From Mobula hypostoma (taxonomy: Eukaryota): 64,000 nt of DNA. Under the pieces are notes generated by a model, which saw nothing but the letters and a program-made list of their open reading frames with translations, was not told where the DNA came from and did no database searches. Positions 53,303-64,000 of the stretch are shown piece by piece. The stretch covers positions 10,602,001 to 10,666,000 of the forward strand of contig NC_086113.1 in assembly GCF_963921235.1 (NCBI RefSeq), in the 5' to 3' direction. The stretch's first letter is position 1. Each line of letters opens with the position of its first letter. A program made the translations under genes and the position numbers.

Positions 53303-55746
53303 CACGGATTAAAATATCTTGGAAGGGGAAAGGACTAACTCACAAATACAATCGAAACGGACCCTGCTTAGAAAGACATTGAGAACATTATATCATACCA
53401 TTAGCACAAATTACTCCTTTGCCAGTTCTGGACTACACTTGGTGGGAAAGACTAATGCATTGGTTAGATGGGAACCAAAGATGGAGACATCTACGGCAAG
53501 GTTAAGTCTGTGGCTACGGAAGCTACCTTTACATGAAAACTACCTTCTCTTAATCTACCGCTATTCTGTGCGGGCAGTAATTCAGTAATACTGTATTAGT
53601 TTAATATTTACTCGTTTTACACGCAGCAAACGAGGCTGCCTATATACTTGAATCCCTGTGTCTGTCGTGATTATCTCTGTGACTGGGCCTATGTGCTTGG
53701 GCGGTGTCTGAGTTAAGATCGTGTAAACCAACAAAAGAAAAAACTCAGCTCAACTCAGGATGTTTAATATAAAACTAACAGGCTGTGTGTTGGACATGAA
53801 ATGTTATTTTCGTGGTGAACTTGGGACATATATTGTATTATTTTCACTGTGAATTAACTTGTAAAAAAAAACGCCGGGCTTTATGCTGTCTTTGTGAGGC
53901 TGAGTAACGGCCTTGCCTGGGTGCATGACGATTGTGTTGTTCTTCAGCAAGTATATGAAACTGAATTGCATAGAATGCTAATATAAGTTTTATTTAAAAT
54001 AAAAAAGCGGCGCTGAACATTCTGCTAAACGATACTATTGTCTATTGTGATGAAAGCACGAATAAAGTTCTCAGACACTTTGTATTTATCGGTGTTGTGG
54101 TGCAAAGAAAAGTATAAGATTTGGTTTAAAACTACCTATATGTATAACTAGTAACTACCTATGTTTCGTGTGTAAATGTCACTCTTAAAAACTGTCTAGA
54201 TGCATTTATGCGATGGAAAGAAAACAATATTGTCAATAAAGGTAATGTGTACAATACAAGGAAAATATTTGGGTGCAATAGAAAGAGCATATACCACTAA
54301 TCTGTTTTAAATGGGATTTTCTTTAGACCTGCCAAGCTAACACATTTAAACTTGTGTACACGTTTAAAATGAATACCTCGTGTCATATTGACCAAACTAT
54401 ACTGTTTGTAATGAAATGTCATTTTATTTGTTGTCTAATAAAATATATGTTTCACTACATAATACACGTGTTTTCTCGTCATGGAATTTAATGTACGGAA
54501 ATGCTTTCCGGGGTACTCTGTCCCCGAATATATTTCATCTATTGAGCCCTAATTCCAGAATTTTTCGAAACTCGCCAACTATTCTTTACGGGTTTAAAAT
54601 ATTAGAATTAAACCCAAATTTTTACAACAAAAGGGATGATGAAATAAAAATTATATATATATCAATTTCAAGGAAAAATCCGTTCAGCACCAAGACTTAG
54701 TCTGTGATATCAACACATAGTTTTGTAACATTTAGCGATTATTTCAACAAAAGCTATTAGGTTTCTTTCCAAAGTTCTGGCATTCAAAATTTGATCTACT
54801 CTTTGGATTTCCCGGAATAAACATGAGATGTTTACTCGTAACTAAAACTAGAGTTCGAGGTTTCCGGGGGGAGGAAAAAAAGAATCATAAACATTGAAGT
54901 AGTAGCTTTGTTTTGGAAGCGGATTTGATGACGCAGGGTCTGAATACATTTGAGCTTAACGCCCAGTTATCACCAATTAACCCGAGAACCTGCAAAAGCG
55001 CACTAACAACTTGTATTTGTCGCTTGGCCATGCTCCAATGCGGATGGCTATTTATACGATATGTTGTGGGTTACTTATGCAAGAAATGCAGTAATTTTAC
55101 TCGGAGTGGAAATAGATAACCTTGATCCGGTTGCCCGTGAAAAAAACCTCCAATGTTATTGGGATTTTATCACATTATAATGAAACGAATATCTATATAT
55201 TTTTTAAAAATCAGTCTAGCACTAATCCTTGCCGCCATTTCCTCAACATATCAGCACAAAAGAATCGGAGCCTTTGAAAGCAAAGAAAGTTAAATTAGTC
55301 TTTGACTTTCCTCCCCTAACAAAATGTACACGATTTGGCCATTTGTGCAACTTCCTTACTAATTGTACGATCCCTAAAACTTTTTAAATCCCCGAAGACA
55401 GTTTGGATGGATTTAGTGGGATTCAAACGATTTGGAATTTGGACGCAAAGGCCCGAGTAGCTGCAAGTCTTGGCAGTGGCTGTCGTTAGTAAAATTCAGA
55501 GTGGTGTACCGCAATAAAATAAAATGACTGCTGTAAGCGTTTATGGGGTGTAAAACGCTGGAGGTTAAGGGGCGAAGTACATAAACACGACACTGACGAT
55601 CGAAGTATTCTTCATGTCTAGGGTAAACACGCGAATAGGGTTTACAGTAATTAAAATAAAATTTTATTATGATATTAAAACAGTTGGTAAATTGAAATTG
55701 CTTTATTTTATTTTTTAAAGTGTTCAGTCTGGAGGGTTATAATGTT

Positions 55747-55780
55747 GCGACGCCCTCTGTTGTTACATATGGAACTTCAA
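55747..55780 (-). promoter_or_regulatory. Putative CTCF site between HoxA9 and HoxA7
   Basis: The minus strand reads TGAAGTTCC-atatgt-AACAACAGAGGGCGTCGC. Confidence 0.6.
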
Positions 55781-56191
55781 AGACTAAACAGGGAGACTTG
55801 CAATAAAATAAAGGGTCTGGCAAGCCGTCTGGAATTCAGGTTTTAATGAGTTTACAACTGTCCAGCTACAATCAGTATTTTTCCAGGGAAGGCCATCCAT
55901 TTGTTTTGTCTGGCTGCTTAGACAAAAGGGTCTGCGGAAATAACGACCTTTATTAGTCTCGTCTCTAACGTGGGCCCCTCACATATCTCTTTACCAATTT
56001 ATTGCGTCTAGTGGCAAAAATAACTGATATATAGTTATTTTAAGTCTGTTTTTAAAATGCTCGATATTTAATTGGGTAGATATAAGAAAATATCTGAGTG
56101 AAATCGATAGACTTATTAGATTCAACACAGTTTAGACAAGGCTTTCTGGGCATTCCCAGCCAGCAGTTTCTTTGCAGCAGGATCTCCCTAC

Positions 56192-56209
56192 AGCCAGAAG
56201 ATGGCAGTA
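56192..56209 (+). promoter_or_regulatory. Second possible CTCF site in the A9-A7 interval, opposite orientation
   Basis: gCCAGAAGATGGCAGta has one mismatch to CCASYAGRKGGCRS. Confidence 0.5.
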
Positions 56210-56878
56210 TTAATCCACAAAAGAGTTTAAAAAGAGTGCCGCCAAGCTGCCAAAAAGTGCAAATACTGTTATACCCCGGGATTTATTTATACAGTAGGTT
56301 GTAAATAGGATGAAAACATCTACGACAAATGACACTTGTAAATTCGGACTGTGGTCGATGGAGTATATTCATTTTGAATCCATCAACTCATTTGTGAACA
56401 GATTAATTCCACTTCACAGAGGGTCTGAAAACCATTTGTACTTTGGTGTTTTATTTTTAATGTACAATAAGGCGTTTTAAATTGGTTATTTTCCACTCTA
56501 TTCCTCAGCCCTACTGTGCAGTTTGCAGTACTGGAGAGCAATTAAAAGTTACTTGAAAACGAATCATTAAATATCTGCACATAAAATCGTGCATATAAAC
56601 TACGTGCACAATACGTCCGCTCATCCACGCAAATATAACACAAATGCATGTATTCAGACATATACGCAAGCAGTTTCATGCATATGATTGCACGTTAATT
56701 ATTTATGGTGACTTCCTTTTCAAGAAGAGCAGGAGGAATCTCGTTAAATGTAACACAACGAAGGAAAATAAAATCCATGTCACATATATTTTATAATCAG
56801 AATTCAGATGATTATATTTAAAAACACCAACCTGACACTAAAAATATATAATATATAGTTAGGCAGGATAAGTTCGCC

Positions 56879-57043
56879 NNNNNNNNNNNNNNNNNNNNNN
56901 NNNNNNNNNNNNNNNNNNNNNNNNNNNNNNNNNNNNNNNNNNNNNNNNNNNNNNNNNNNNNNNNNNNNNNNNNNNNNNNNNNNNNNNNNNNNNNNNNNNN
57001 NNNNNNNNNNNNNNNNNNNNNNNNNNNNNNNNNNNNNNNNNNN
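56879..57043. other. Assembly gap (N run)
   Basis: Run of n. Confidence 1.
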
Positions 57044-60000
57044 GCGGCTGTGATCTGGTCTGAATGAGAACAAGAGATTACTGAAATAAGCGATAATTTT
57101 ATTTTGTATGAAGCCAGAAAATTATAGATTGCAAAGATGATAACTCAGTGCAACATAAGCTAGTGCATTTTAAATATAGATAAGTATTAAATAGGGACGT
57201 CGTGAAATACCCGGTAAATTCATTCAAATAAGTTTTAGAATCTGCATGAAATCATTAATAATTTATTTAAATTTGATAATGGTAACCAAATAAAAAGGTT
57301 TAAGGGGATACACGTTTATTTTTACATATACGTGGTCATCTACATAATATTTTAACATTGGGTCAAACTGCGACATTTAAGCATATAATTTTTTAAAGGG
57401 CAGTCTCTATAGGAACTCCCCCACATTGGTCTTGGAATGAATGAGGGGGCGGCCGGCGTTAAAGAAGGCCTATTTATTACCAGAATCGGAATATTTAAAG
57501 AAATTCACTCAAGTTTATTTTGAAAGTCAAAAACGCACAACCGCTTTTTGGAAGCATATTCGCTTTTACCTTTTGGAACAAAGCCGTGGCTCTTTCACCA
57601 CGCTGAAAAGTGGTGTACATGGATTCAAAAGTTCGTCGGATAGCCACAGAATTACGAACACGTGAATGATAATTATTTCACGATATATTTTCAAAAATGA
57701 CGCTCGTAAATTGTATATATTTAAACCTGTATCCGTACGCGTGTGTTTGCACATTCTTGCCACAATGCTATGCTAATTTAGCAAAACTAGGCTTCCATTT
57801 TTTTAATAAGCTGCAGCGAGGAATCTGGAAGTTTTACAGCTCCATAAGAGATTACAAACTACAGCAAATGAGTTGTAATGGAATTTGATATAAAGGTATT
57901 TCAAAATATGTTGACAGCCAAGATATATATTATTATTCAATCGCATTTCAAATATATGCTTCGTGATCAAGTGCTCGTTGCTACTTTGTCTATTGAAGTG
58001 TAAAGTTCACAGCTGCAGTTTCAATATGATCTGTTGCTGTGCAACATAATCTTAATGTTCCATAAAGTATTTTTTTCATGTATTTGCAACCGGCTGCCAA
58101 TAACATTTAAATGTCTATTTAAATGTCATAGAAAAAAATGCTCATCGTTGAACGGGATAGGATTTCCAAAAATGCAAAATTTTCCAGATGACATGAAATT
58201 TGCCAAAATTTCTACTAAATATTGTGTTGCTACCCATTATTGTGAATACGTCCTTCCGTCTCGATGTCCGTCTCCCTCTCTGCTGGCCTGTCTGCTTTCT
58301 GTCTGTCTGTTTTCCTGTCTATCTATTTATGCAATTGAGAAATTGTTAGTAATTGAATATTTATCGATTTTCAATCGTGCAAGATTAAATATGCCAGAAC
58401 TGCTGAAGATATAACAGCAGAATTGCTTAGAGACCAGCAATAATTGCAAAGCTTTATAAATCATTTTTATTTCTAAAATTTTGGCAATATTTGGAATTAC
58501 GGCCACAATGTTTTGATATAATCGCATTAACGTGTATCTCGCTTTCTTCGCTTCTGCACGTCCTTCAATTCGATCTGTTACAACAATGCTGCATATAATG
58601 TACCCATGGATTCCTGGTAATAAAAAGAAAATAAGAATTTGGCATTGTTGATAAATAAACAGCATCAGTGCTTGATAGGGAAGGTTACAATTTAGTTAGA
58701 TAACAGAATATAAGCATACTGACGATGTTGGACGGAATATTATTATTTCTTCTATATTTAACAACAAATGCAACTAGGTCCATGCGTTCGGATTGATCAT
58801 TGGACAACCGTACGAAGAAACTAGCAATCCTGGTAAATAGAAAAATATTGTGCCAAAGAAAATTGGAACAAAATAGTTTTGCCATTTTTCTGCTTCATGT
58901 TATTTGAAAATGATTTTATGGAACTTTGAGGAACGTCGGTGTTCTTGGCGTGTATTTGACTTCAGTTAATAGCACAATTTTTATTATTATTGAAGTAATT
59001 TTGCATAGATGAAATGCTGATTTTATTCCGTTCAATTACCTTACTTTTTAATTCAATTGCCCCCCCCCCCTTCTATTGACTAGTGTGTCTTCAAGTTTTC
59101 GTCGGAGATCAATTATTTCTAATCATAGAACAATCGGTAGCGGTAACCTATTTTCTGCGAGGAATGTTTAGACTTAGAAAATATGATTTTTACACGTTAT
59201 GTGATGGTTCTTCTCTATGCTATATATATGCGTTCTGATTAAGTTAATTAAATCTATTAAAAAAATTATTTTTATATATTCTTCCGGCATCCTGTCAGTG
59301 TGTTAACAATCTTTGACAGCCCGTTTTCGGATTTATTTTAAGTTATTTGTACTATAGGAAAAGTTTAGAACATAAAACCATCTCTCAAGCGGTTCCTGCG
59401 GTATTTACATTAGCACGTCGTTTCGTTTTAGGGATGTACAGGAAATATGGAGATTACCAGCAGTTTTATAGCCTGGAGGTATATAAACTAAAGATTATTT
59501 TTTTAACGATCGAGGGACGAATGCAATCCAGCAACCTCCCGATATAGCATCTTCGCGGGTGGAAAGCCTAGAACTAGCCGGAGAGAACCAGAATTCAAAA
59601 GAAAATAACATTTAATAACATGAAAGCAAGTGCTTCTTAAAGGATTTCAGACTCAAATGCAGAAACATATTTTATTGCAATAAGCCTTTACTTTTAACGT
59701 ACCAGGTGCGTCGTTGTTAGACTGTGTGCCTGCTGTATGTACAGTGGCCTGGGGTTCCTTGCCTACGTATAACATCGAACAAATATAACAGTTAATCTTG
59801 CGCACTGAGGCAAGAGTTCGGCTAGGAAGCAACCAAAGCCAAAGTACAGCGACTGTCACAATTGCAAGGAAACTCGCTTCGGAGACACCTTCCATGATCT
59901 AATGAGAGAATTAGGAGACAGAGAGAATGAAAAAAAAGTTGTAAAACAGAAGGAGGAAATGATGCCGGGTTAAAGCCCCTGCGGGGATCTAGTCAGATTA

Positions 60001-60819
60001 CCTAGCAACTCCAAGAGGTTTCCACAGAATATCTGTGGCAGAGGAAATGCGGTGGTTTACAAAATGAAATTATGCATTTTGCTACATCAGTATGCAAACG
60101 TGATTGAATACATAAAAAGATCGAGAGTTCATAGCAGGAGCTGATATCACAGGGACGCCCCGCCCAATTTCCTCGTAGCGTTACTGCGGGTTCTACCTCC
60201 TTTTTGCATTACTATTACCCATCAAAATCACACAGATTATCCCGTAATCTAGAGATTAGGTAGATGAACCTGATCATTAATTCCATAGGGCTCTGGTTAC
60301 CATAGGCCTCCAACCCCTCCCCCATTCCCATATCCCTCTAATTTCATAGAGGAACTCATAATGCCGAATAACAGCAAACTCTTGCACAGACAGCGTGTGT
60401 GGAACAATGGAAGAGCGCCTGTCTTTTAATTGAAACCGTGTAATGTCTACTTTTAAAAAGGAAAGTGTAGGAGATGTTTCGTAATTTTGATGTAATCGGT
60501 TTTCTTCTGTGTGTGAATTTTAGCTATTCCAGCAAGTAAAAGCAACGTGTCTCCTTTTTTTTTGTATCAAAGAAAACCTTTCATTACATTTCCAAATTCA
60601 TCGCGCATCTCATTTTCAAAAGCGTTGCAGACATACCTGCGCTCAGAAAAATCTTCACATACGTGTGAGGGGGATTGGCTTGTCAAGAACTTGTTAGAAG
60701 ATACTTACTTTTGGAAAGTTCCACAACCTATCTATATTAATAATGCAATCTTTTATATGATACTTGCATAATTTATTTTGAAAATAGTCGAATAACATGA
60801 TTTTTACCACCTGTGATGC

Positions 60820-60991
60820 GGAATGCTATTGGGCGACGGGATCACATGGTCGGGTCACGTGAATAGAAATAAGTCGGGCCGAAGGAAAATGGGTGTTTGG
60901 TGTAAATCGGGGGTGTAATGCTGCCATATATCACGCTATCTCGTAAAACCGACACTGAGGAGTCTCGGCCAACAAATCACCAGACAAAATT
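60820..60991 (+). promoter_or_regulatory. HoxA7 promoter and 5' leader
   Basis: Reverse CCAAT (tattgg), paired E-boxes tcacatg and gtcacgtg, and the conserved ctcgtaaaaccgacactga leader. Confidence 0.7.
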
Positions 60992-61385
60992 ATGAGTTCG
61001 TCGTATTATGTGAATGCTCTTTTTCCCAAATATACGGCGGGGACATCCGTTTTCCAGAACACAAGTGGCTTTACTGAAGCAACTTCTTGTGCCTTTGCCG
61101 CGAACTCTCAGAGATCGAGCTATGGAGCGAGCGCGAGCGCCTTCCCAACCCCGATGGCCGGGTTGTACAATGTTAACAGTGCCATCTATCACGGCCCTTC
61201 CATGTACAACACGGGTTATAACCTAAATTCAGATTCCTACAACCTGCGCTGCTCCGCCTTAGACCAGAACATTCCAGTACTTTGCAGCGATCTGAGCAAA
61301 CAGGGTTGCGAAAAATTGGACCAGACAAGCGTGCACCCTCAAGCAGAGAGCAATTTCCGGATTTACCCCTGGATGAGGAATGCAG
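60992..61385 (+). CDS. hoxa7: Homeobox protein Hox-A7, exon 1
   Basis: N-terminus MSSSYYVNALFPKYTAGTSVFQN and hexapeptide FRIYPWMR. Phase-1 donor GCAG|gtatgg. Confidence 0.97.
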
Positions 61386-61529
61386 GTATGGGACATGAAT
61401 GTAACTCGGCTATGGGAGACGTGCAAGCGGCCAGTTAAGATGAGAGCCAGTACATCCTGAAAGTAGTTAAAGAGTTTTAATGATAGCTGCGGAACAGTTC
61501 CTCAAACGCATGTGGCATTGTATGCAGAT

Positions 61530-61585
61530 AGCAATCATAAAACTTTTATTGCACAATTAATCAGTACAATCCTCGTAAAAGCACT
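61530..61585. promoter_or_regulatory. HoxA7 intronic homeodomain-binding cluster (HB1-like element)
   Basis: caatcataaaacttttattgcacaattaatcagtacaatcctcgtaaaa contains CATAAA, TTTTATTG, TAAT and TCGTAAAA sites within 50 bp near the intron 5' end. Confidence 0.6.
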
Positions 61586-62278
61586 CGACATCCGCTCATT
61601 TAAGGTTAACAGCGAGGCACATATTGCTTATTTACTCACTTTAGTCAACATCAAATAAGCTTTTTAAAAACTGATACTCGGGAGGCAATATAGTCTTGAG
61701 CGTATGGAATGATATATTCCATGTCTAATGTAAGTTTACAGTTAAAACACAGTCGAAAGACTGAAAAAATTATACGTATTTTACCCCAAGAAAGATCCCT
61801 TGACCTATGTAAAGATTCAACCCTATAGATGTGAGTTCATCTTTAAAACGTACCATTAGGTACTGTAATGCAAGTGTAAATCTGCCCGGATTTGTGTGAT
61901 TCTATTACTGGTCAACATACTTGAAGAACCTTTAATGAAACTGTAAGACATAAGTTACCTGCATTTTCTGATTAAATTGATATCCATAATCTTGAGTGAA
62001 ATGTGTAGATCCTTAACGTTATTTCACTCTACTTAATAACAATTCTTAAAGACTACAGAGGCCTCCATTAAAGCTTATTCTCCTTGAATACATAGCCAGA
62101 AGAAAGAAACGCTTCGATCAAAATTGTTCATTTGCATCCTAAAGCTATTTAGAAATTAAATTTAGTCCATAGACAATTTAATGAAAGAGACAATTAGTCC
62201 ACAGACAATTTAATAAGCAGACGTGGGGAAAGTTAGAGCGTCCAGTCGTGAATTAGACAGATTATCTATGTTTACTAG

Positions 62279-62578
<300 letters not shown>

Positions 62579-62647
62579 AATATCTATCTGAAGCTTGAAC
62601 TGTGCGAATGTACAAAGCTGTTTCCCAACAGCTAACAATGACATTTA

Positions 62648-63672
62648 ACTACCTAGCCACAGTCGTGGACTATTAAAAAAAATGTTGTGCGTTGGCACTC
62701 ATTATACTACCTATATGTTTCAATAGTCTTCTGAAATAAATAATAATTTTGCTTTCTCTAATTTGGTTTTAATAAAAAAAAATCCAAAATCTTGATCGGC
62801 ATTAGTAAAACCATAAGAAGGAAATAGGTTCAGAATAAGTTCTTTCAATACTAAAGTGAAAGCAAATGGTTGTAGATCCTTTGCCCGGTGGTCACGTATT
62901 TTCCCCAGCTAATCCGAGAATCTCTTATTGCAATATTTAAAAAAAACACACAAATGAAAGGACAATTCTGAACCTCTGCACTCTACTTAAATAAGGGAAT
63001 GGGATCCCGACTCTGTGCTCCAATAGTGGAGCGATAGGAACAATATGAACCGATTAAAAAAAAACAAACGGTAGCCATTGTATTAAATTCACTTACCACT
63101 CTGTGATATAAGATATATCTCATGCACTGAGCTATTTAGCAGTCTTATTTTACCTTTATTAATTCGCATCCTAAAATATTTTAAAACATTTCTGCATACC
63201 ATTCACAAAGTAAGAACGTCGTGACTTTAGAGGCTAATTTCCAATCCAACCAGAAACCAAGTATTGAGCCACTCTTATCATGTATTGCAAGATCTGATGA
63301 GTTAAATGGTTTATTTCTGCTCAATTCCTCGTTTTTCTCTAGATTGTTTATTGTGTTACTAGTGTGTCTTTTTATATGTATCGTCCCACCAGGGATGTAA
63401 AGCAATGGGTTGTATTCACTTGGCAATTAAATGTAAACTACCTATACCACAGTAGTGGACATCTTGCACGTTTATGGAAACTACCTAAATGGATTAATTT
63501 AAAAAAATTGTTTCTAGACTGAGAATGTTCTTCTGGAGTCTTGATTTTTCGCCCTTCTTATAACAGTACCATAATATGAGAGTACGACAGTGAAATATAT
63601 TCCGATATGTGTGTATTTTAATGAGGTGTGTATGTAGTCACTTTACAACAGAAACATAATGAATACTACCTA
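62648..63672 (+). promoter_or_regulatory. Five 8mer miR-196 target sites (ACTACCTA) in the HoxA7 3'UTR
   Basis: ACTACCTA at 62648, 62706, 63437, 63480 and 63665. Confidence 0.85.
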
Positions 63673-64000
63673 GAAGCCAGTTTACGTTTAACGCGAATGG
63701 AATCCTTTCGCAATATGCTTCAATACTATGCTGTACAAAGCAAAATAGTTGTATTAGGAGGGAGAAATTGCATTATTACTTTTTGATGGGTGTCATTAAA
63801 ATATATACTTGCTAAAGATTTCAATAAACCTTGTATTATTGACTGATGTAATCGTGTTTCTTTAAGTGTTGTATCAGTTGTCTTAGACATGTGTACTGTT
63901 TAAATTATATTAAAAAAATTAATAACCAAATGTAATAATAGAAAACCCGAACTGCATCGTCAGCTGAATATATTGTGGTTCCATATTCGGTGTGGTATTT

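Noticed and set aside
54300-60800. Possible HoxA8 remnant
   Set aside because: No YPWM or homeodomain traces were found.
62162-62214. Direct duplication ttagtcca(t/c)agacaatttaat in the HoxA7 intron
   Set aside because: Consistent with a neutral local slippage duplication.

Overview
This window is the posterior part of a vertebrate HoxA cluster, with all genes on the + strand. The order is HoxA13 (15589-16881), HoxA11 (28538-30555), HoxA10 (41403-44025), a miR-196 hairpin (~45862-45944), HoxA9 (51661-53302) and HoxA7 (60992-62578). All five genes are two-exon with phase-1 GT-AG introns, and I checked their frames by hand. Compact proteins without polyalanine tracts, plus the flanking repeat types (HE1-like SINE, CR1-like LINE, a palindromic repeat), point to a cartilaginous fish, probably a ray; this is inference. 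The first ~9 kb is repeat-rich flank, and the cluster core is almost repeat-free. I found no wholly new biological system. The most notable hidden signals are: (1) a degraded split-homeobox remnant at ~9133-9590 that looks like the HoxA14 pseudogene; (2) the conserved HoxA10 upstream ATG turned into a 3-codon uORF by an in-frame TGA; (3) a candidate distal exon and acceptor that would place miR-196 in an intron of its own target HoxA9; (4) miR-196 sites split by alternative poly(A) signals in HoxA9 and HoxA7; (5) a well-preserved Deu-SINE-type tail inside the cluster; (6) a series of CTCF-like motifs between genes. Comparisons to other species rest on recalled sequences, not searches. There are two assembly gaps (27867-28095 and 56879-57043).
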